Of a stretch of DNA of 64,000 nt, positions 57,628 to 64,000 are shown piece by piece. The translations under genes were made by a program, and so were the position numbers. The notes below the pieces were generated by a model. That model ran no database searches, was not told the origin of the DNA, and was given only the letters and a program-made list of their open reading frames with translations. Source of the stretch: Salpingoeca rosetta. Lineage: Eukaryota > Protista > Choanoflagellata. Where the stretch lies: contig JAWQFM010000006.1 in NCBI GenBank assembly GCA_033442325.1, positions 1,317,124 to 1,381,123 on the forward strand. Reading direction: 5' to 3'. The stretch's first letter is position 1. Each line of letters begins with the position of its first letter.

Positions 57628-57891
57628 CCCTTGCTTGTCTCTGCGTGTCTTTCACCGTAGCATTAACCTGACGGTTGTCTTCAAATGCACACTGCAGGCA
57701 CGCTCAAGGGGCTTGGCCGCAACACCATCCGTCGCCTGCGTGGCGGCACGCTCAAGAAGTCGGAGCAGGTGTCTGATGCCGAGCTGAAGAAGATCAACGA
57801 CAAGATTGTCAAGGACTGGGAGCACATGCGCGGCATGTCCAAGGACGACGCGCGCGAGGCGTACATGCAGATTATCCAGGTGCGCCCTTTG

Positions 57892-57961
<70 letters not shown>

Positions 57962-58837
57962 TGTTGTTGTGGTGGTGTTGTTGTGGTTGTAAGTGGGAGC
58001 CTGTTTGACTCCACTGTGTATGCATGTGCGCGGGTAAAGTGATGCGTTCGTTTTCCTCGTCCACCTTTTGCTCGCTTGCCTCCTCCTCACGCGTGAGCTG
58101 TGGCTGTGATATTGCGTGCTGTAGGCCTGGGAGGGCTACGGCTGCAACCTGTTTGAGGTGGTGCAAACCACCAAGAAAGAGTGGCCAAAGGAGCTCTGGC
58201 TGGCCATCAGCCTGGAGGGCGTTGGCATCTTCCCCCGCAACCAGTACGTTCCATCGTGCGTGCGTGCGTGCGTGCGTGTGTTTGTGTGTGTGTTGCCAAG
58301 TTGGTGGTGCGACACGGCTTTGCAGTGCAGCGGCACTGCGCTGCTTTGTGCACGTGCAGTCTTCCACTAGGAATTAATTAACCATCGCTCTTCAATGGCA
58401 TCCGTTTTGTCTCTGCGCCATCTCGACGCAGGTCGCAGCGTCTTGCGTTCTTCAAGTACGAGACCATCCTCAGCTTCGGCGCTCCGCAGGCCAACCAGTA
58501 CAAGATCCTTGTTGATGGCGGTCCAGGCGCCATGGTCTTTGAGACCAACATGGTGCGTACCGCTCCTCTCTGCTCATGTGCCATCTTTCTGTGCGCAAGC
58601 TTGTCTGTGTGTGTGTGTGTGTGCATGTGTGTGTGTGCGTGTGTGTGTACGTGCTTCTCGTGTGTTTGGTTCATGCTGTCTTTGTGTCTCTGTTCGTCAC
58701 ATGCGCTGCTCCCTCTTGAATTTCATGCTCACACAACTTCTCCTTCCCCATCCCACCTCTGCTCGAACGTGCAGGTGCTTGAGATTGCCAAGTTGATGAA
58801 GGAGTACATCAAGGAAATCGTGCATCGTCGTGGTTAA
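45922..58837 (+). CDS. MYO10: Myosin-10 orthologue: motor, IQ motifs, SAH, split PH1/PH2/PH3, MyTH4, FERM; ~29 exons, first exon 45922-45939 (MSFFED)
   Basis: GSRVWV N-terminus, [12 protein letters not shown]-loop, [31 protein letters not shown]-rich helix. KWCVL..NTFMFF followed by [22 protein letters not shown] is the Myo10 split-PH1/PH2 hallmark. RNEAYCQ MyTH4; FERM ending [10 protein letters not shown]. Confidence 0.93.
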
Positions 58838-59417
58838 AGCCTTCCTAGCTCCTCCTCAGTCTGCTTCCTCTTTTTCATTCTCCTGTTTCCACTTTGCTGC
58901 CCGTGTCCTGTCGTGCCACTTTGTTGCTCGTGTTTGTGTTTTCAGTTCCTCGATCGTGTTCATTGTCCTGCCCCTTTGCCATTGTGGTCTGCATGCTTTT
59001 CGGCTCTTTGTTGGTTACAACCCCCCCTCCCCTCACCGCTGCTATGTCGCTTCTTCACCCACGAGCACCACGCAACATAATCCTCCCACGCCGATCTTAC
59101 TTCAGCCTAAGTCCCTTGGTGTTTGCTCTGTTTGCTCGGGAGTTTGTGTTGGATCCCTCTTCTTGTGAGTTGTGAGTTGTTTGTTGTTGTTTTGTGTTGT
59201 TCGTACTGGTTTTGTGTGTCCCCTCGCCCATCTCCTTTTGACTCTGCCCCGCCCCCCTTCTCCTCCCAAACACTGCACCAAGCTCCTACCCCAGTTCTCA
59301 AACACTAAAGCAGCGACCCATCAAAACGTGTGCTTGCCATCCTCTGCATTTGCAGTTAGTTTACTGTTATCAAGCAAAAAGCACACGCCACGCGACACAA
59401 AGCATATGACCAACGTG

Positions 59418-62400
59418 TCATTGCTCCTCTGCCTTATCAGCGTCCGCATCATCATCGTCACCATTGCTGCTGCCGCCGCCACCACCTGTTCCCTCCTTGT
59501 CAGCGCTCTTGGCATCGCCAACACTCAGCGACGCAAAGTCGGGCACCTGGATGGAGATGCCAACCTCCTTCCTGTCGCCGCCCTTGCTTCCGTACCACTC
59601 GGGGTTGTTTGCCTGCCGCTGCTGCCGCTCAGAGCGCTTGGATGCAATGGACGCCTCAAACGCAGCCTGCACACGCGCGTCGTATGGGGTGGCAAAGTTG
59701 TCGGTGTTGTCTGGATCGAGCGCGCTGTCTTTCACTGCAATCACATCGCCGTCGCGAAGGCGCAGCGGTGCATGCCGGATGTTGTCCTTTGGCGGCTTGT
59801 TCTGCACCGTTGTGTTGTGTTGTGTTGTGTTGTGTTGTGTTGTGTTGTGTTGTGTTGTGTTGTGTTGTGTTGTGTTGTGACGTATGTATTGTGTGTGTGT
59901 GTGCGTGTGTGTGTGTGTGTGTGCGTGTGCGTGTGTGTGCGTGTGCGTGCGTGCGTGCGTGTGTATGTGTGCGTACGTGTGTATGTGTGCGTACGTTGTA
60001 AGAGCATGTGATTGGGATGGGAAGAATGCATGCTGGGCAGCAGCGTTCAGATGTGAACCAACAGCATCTACGCACACACCTTCTTCTTCTTCTTAGACTT
60101 GTTCTTGTTGGATTGCTGCTGCTGCTGCTGCTGTTGGCGAAGAACGGTCCACTCGCCCTTGCTGACCAGGTGCTTTGCAGCCACTGCGCATTGCACAATT
60201 CATCATGCACATGTGTTGAGATAGCACACATTCCGACATGGGAGCCCACAAACAGCATACAGCTACAGACACGCACACACGCACAAAAACTACAGGCATG
60301 CGCAACCACACGCAACAAGTTGCACGTGCCAGCTGGATTGTTCACGTACCAAGTGACTCCACGGGCACCCCTGTCTCACTGGAGAGCCAGGCTTTAAACG
60401 CAGCAAACTTGGTGGGCATCGAGACAAGACGAGTGGCAGCATGATGTGAGAGGAGGTGCAAAGCCAAGTTGATGAACAACAAATGCACACACACACGACC
60501 ACACACACACACACACACGACCACAGACACACACACACACACATGCGACCTTACCGTTGGCGGTTGTGCGTTGAAGGCAAGTTCCTGCGGCGGGTTTGTC
60601 TTTCTCGTTGTTGGATCACGCAAACATACCTGTGCAGGACAACACGAATCCCAAGCGCGTGGTGCGTGTGCGTGTGGTGCGTGTGCGTGTGCGTGTGTAT
60701 AAGTTGAGGAACGTAATGTCATCACATCAACTGACGCCTGCATGAGCGATGTACAGCAACGCCGCAAACCTTGAACAAGATGTCCGAGTCCGTGAGCGTT
60801 TCCCCTTGCGGGAGGTGCGTGATGCACACGGCCGCGTTGTTGAACAGCTTGTGTTTCTTTAGCGTCGACGCGTTGTTGCGCAGCACTCGCCCCTGTCGAT
60901 AGCCAACCTGTGACACGTGTGCATGTGTGTGCATATGTGTGTATGCAAGTGAGTGTTCCGTTGTGTGAGTGTGTGTATATGCGAGAACATGTGCGAAGGT
61001 GTTTGCATCACTGGCCCTAAAGGGAAAGCCAAAACACGTGCACACATGAGCGATCGTCACCTTTTCGCGCAGACGCATGTAGTCTGGGGCCGGGATCACG
61101 TGTTGAACGGCCGCAAGCTTCATCATCTCATCCTGTGAACACACGTGCGCACGTGTGTGTACATGTGCAGGGTTGGAGGGAAGGTAAGTGTGAGCATGGA
61201 GGGAAAAGGGTGCGAGTGGGATGTCAGCCGAGATGACAGCCACAATTACGCCGCACACCGCTCATGATTGCTTTCCTCCCCAACCGTCTCCTCTGTCTCC
61301 AAATGCACCACCTTGAGTTGCTGCAGAGTTGCCGTGGCCTCAACCCTGACGGTTGATACGCGCCTGAGGTTGGGATCGCACCAGATGCGCTTCTCCTCTT
61401 CGCTTTCGTCGGGCTCCTGGGCCTCGTCGCTGGGCGTCGTGTCTGCGCCAGCATCATCACCTGCCTGTGCTTCCGTCGCTTTATCATTGCCCACACCCGC
61501 AGTCTGCTGTTGATCCTCGGCCCCCTGCAGCCACAGAAAAACAGTTGAGAACCATGAAGGAGGTGCGCGCGCGCGCGTGTGTGTGTGTGTGCCTATATCT
61601 GTGTCGCTCACACATGATGTCATGCATTTTGTTCTGCACGAGCAGTGTCAGAGCACACGAGCACGCCGTGCGGTCACACCTGCTTGTGCGTTTCGTTTGC
61701 CTGCTGCTGTTGTGTTGAGGAAGAGAGGATGTTGTTCAAGTGGTCGTCAACGGCGATGCCGTCCAGGTTCAGCCACACCTCCACCGTGATCATGCCCTGC
61801 CGAGTCAACGCCACAGCAGCGCATGTGCAGGTTGAAGATGAGGAACACGCAACAATCACAATGAGAGAAGACAAACGAAGTAACAAGTCCAAGCACAGCG
61901 TGAGCGCGTGTATTGCTCTCTCTCACTCTCTCACACACACACACACACACATACACACCTTGCCGTTGATAGCGCCGTGTTCGAGGAAGAGGGTTGAGTT
62001 GTGGGTGAGGGTCGTCTTGTCCAGTCGGGCCTTGAGGTCATTGAGCGGCTCGCCAATTTCCCCGCACCAGTTGGCCTGACACAGGTGCCAGTCCTTGCCC
62101 TCAAGCGACATCACGGAGAGGGCCATGTTATGAAGCATCTCCACGCTCTCGCTCTTGGACACAAACATCTCCCACACGCGATGCTGCAGTGGGACGTCGC
62201 TCGCTGTGAGGGCATGCCAAGAGTGTGGTGGTGAAACAGCGTGAGTGAGTGAGTGAGTGAGTGAGTGAGTGAGTGAGTGAGTGAGTGAGTGAGTGAGTGA
62301 GTGAGTGAGTGAGTGAGTGAGTGGGTGGGTGGGTGAGTGTGTGTGTGAGTGAGTGAGTGAGTGGGTGAGTGGGTGAGTGAGTGATGTGTAAGAGAGCAGT

Positions 62401-64000
62401 GTCGAGAGATGGGACCGCATGTGCACCCAACCTGGCTGCATGATCAACATACATTTTGCTTCTTTCTTAAAGTGCGATGCAGCCTTGCTCAGCGCTTTGG
62501 GTCCAAGTTTCAACCTGTTTGTGGGATGCAGCGAGTGAGTGTAAGCGTGTTTCGATTGGAAACTACACGGCCAGCGCAACACACGTACACATGCACAAAT
62601 GTACAAATGTGCACATATGCACATATGCACACACATGTGAACACACCCCACTGCACATGCTCTCTACAACAACATTGAACCCTCCATCGACCCGCATCGT
62701 CGTCCAACCCAACAGTACCTGAGCACAAACTGAGAGTCCGCGAATGCGAGCGATCCGTCCTCGATGATGACGGCGTCATCGGGTTTGAGCCCGGCCGACT
62801 GCAGCAGGGGAAGGCGTGGTGTATGTGGTGTTGGACGTGGTGATTGAGATGTGGTGTGTGCGTTGGTGGTGAGCGAGTGTTTGGAGAGAGAAGAGGGTGG
62901 TGATGTGCAAGAAGAAGAAGGAATGAGGGTACGCAGAGAAAACGTAGAATGAGGGTACGCAGATGCAACACCCCACTGTGACTCCCACCCACCTTGAGTG
63001 GTTGGTTCTCCGAGACGATGAGACGCGGACACTTTGACAGCATGTCGTCAATACTGCTCCAACTGGCAGGTGGTGAATTGCAGGTACATGTGTGTATGTG
63101 TGCGAGTATGCACGAACAATGGCGAGGGATGATGTGTGCATGCAGGATGAGTGGACACGACCCCAATGTGAAGCGCACGCAAAGAAAACACACACACACA
63201 GACACACACACACACACAGACACACACACAGACACAGACACATACACACACACACGAGCATGCACACAGATACCAAGCGCAGCACACTGCAACCCACCGC
63301 ATGCGTGTTTCCTTGACACTGCCGCCAAACAAGGCCACGAGCTTCTTGTGCACAGCACGCAGTGTGGCTGTCCGTTCAAAGTCCACCGTCACGCCGTCAC
63401 GCGACTGCGGCGAAGGCTTCAGCAGGAGCGGCACAACCGCCTGCTTGTGGGCGAATGTCTGTTCGGCCATGGGGGCGTCACCGCGTCCGCCAAGCTCAAC
63501 ACTCAGCTCGGCAGAGTAGCGGATGGAGAGCTCAAACAGCGTGTTGTTGTCGCGGTCCTCAGCCAAGAAATCAGGCTTGTCCTCATCATCTAATGGAAGA
63601 ACAGGCAGGGGATGGCGTGATGTGAGGGTATGAACATACACGTGTATGATTGGGTTGTTGGGTTGTTTGTTTGTTTGCTTGTTTGTTTGTTTGTTTGTTT
63701 GTTTGCTTGTTTGTTTGTGCATTGTATGCAAACAACCACCAGCGCAGGTGCAGTTAGCAGACAGCCGCGAAAAGCACCTGCGCTGCTGGCGTCCAGCCTG
63801 TGGATCATGAGATATTCCTGGGGGAGGGCGAGGTGGTCGGCAAGGGCACGGCGGACAGCGCGAAGGGACGTTGATCGCAGGAATGTCATCGTGAACTTGG
63901 AATCCTGCGACGTGGTGCACATTGCGATGTGGTGGTGCGGTGAGATGGAGTGAGCACGCGTTGCAAGAGCAACTTGTTCATGTGAGACAAGGAAGAGCTC
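59418..64000 (-). CDS. 3' part of a USP40-like deubiquitinase (gene continues beyond window)
   Basis: WHLCQANWCGEIGEPL, MRLREK..G.....VLR, LPQGETL, APLRLRDGDVIAVKD and E.GISIQV resemble the USP40 C-terminal region. Catalytic domain not in window. Confidence 0.75.

Overview
Intron-rich, microsatellite-laden eukaryotic DNA. GC-rich exons, (CA)n/(GT)n-filled short introns and an animal-like gene set (BRCA1, myosin-10, GPS2-like, USP40) point to a choanoflagellate, most likely Salpingoeca (inference). I reconstructed 15 protein-coding genes by hand from GT-AG boundaries. In order: a BAHD-type acyltransferase head-to-head with an ABCG half-transporter; BRCA1 head-to-head with an RluA/RPUSD2 pseudouridine synthase lacking its catalytic core; an inverted pair of cathepsin-L genes with a 10-Cys C-terminal domain; TENT4/Trf4; a large low-complexity/coiled-coil orphan; a small secreted, bacterial-type internally repeated protein; Rab18 head-to-head with p23; dynactin p50; a GPS2-like gene head-to-head with myosin-10; and the 3' part of a USP40-like gene. 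Most ORFs in the six-frame track are shadows or repeat read-throughs. Best leads: (1) the GPS2-like NCoR/HDAC3 subunit outside animals, (2) the BAHD+ABCG 'make-and-export' divergent pair, (3) the secreted two-repeat His/Met protein, (4) the BRCA1 bidirectional promoter with E2F-, CHR- and E-box-like motifs, (5) the gene-converting cathepsin palindrome with a diversifying accessory domain. All homology calls come from recalled motifs, not database searches.
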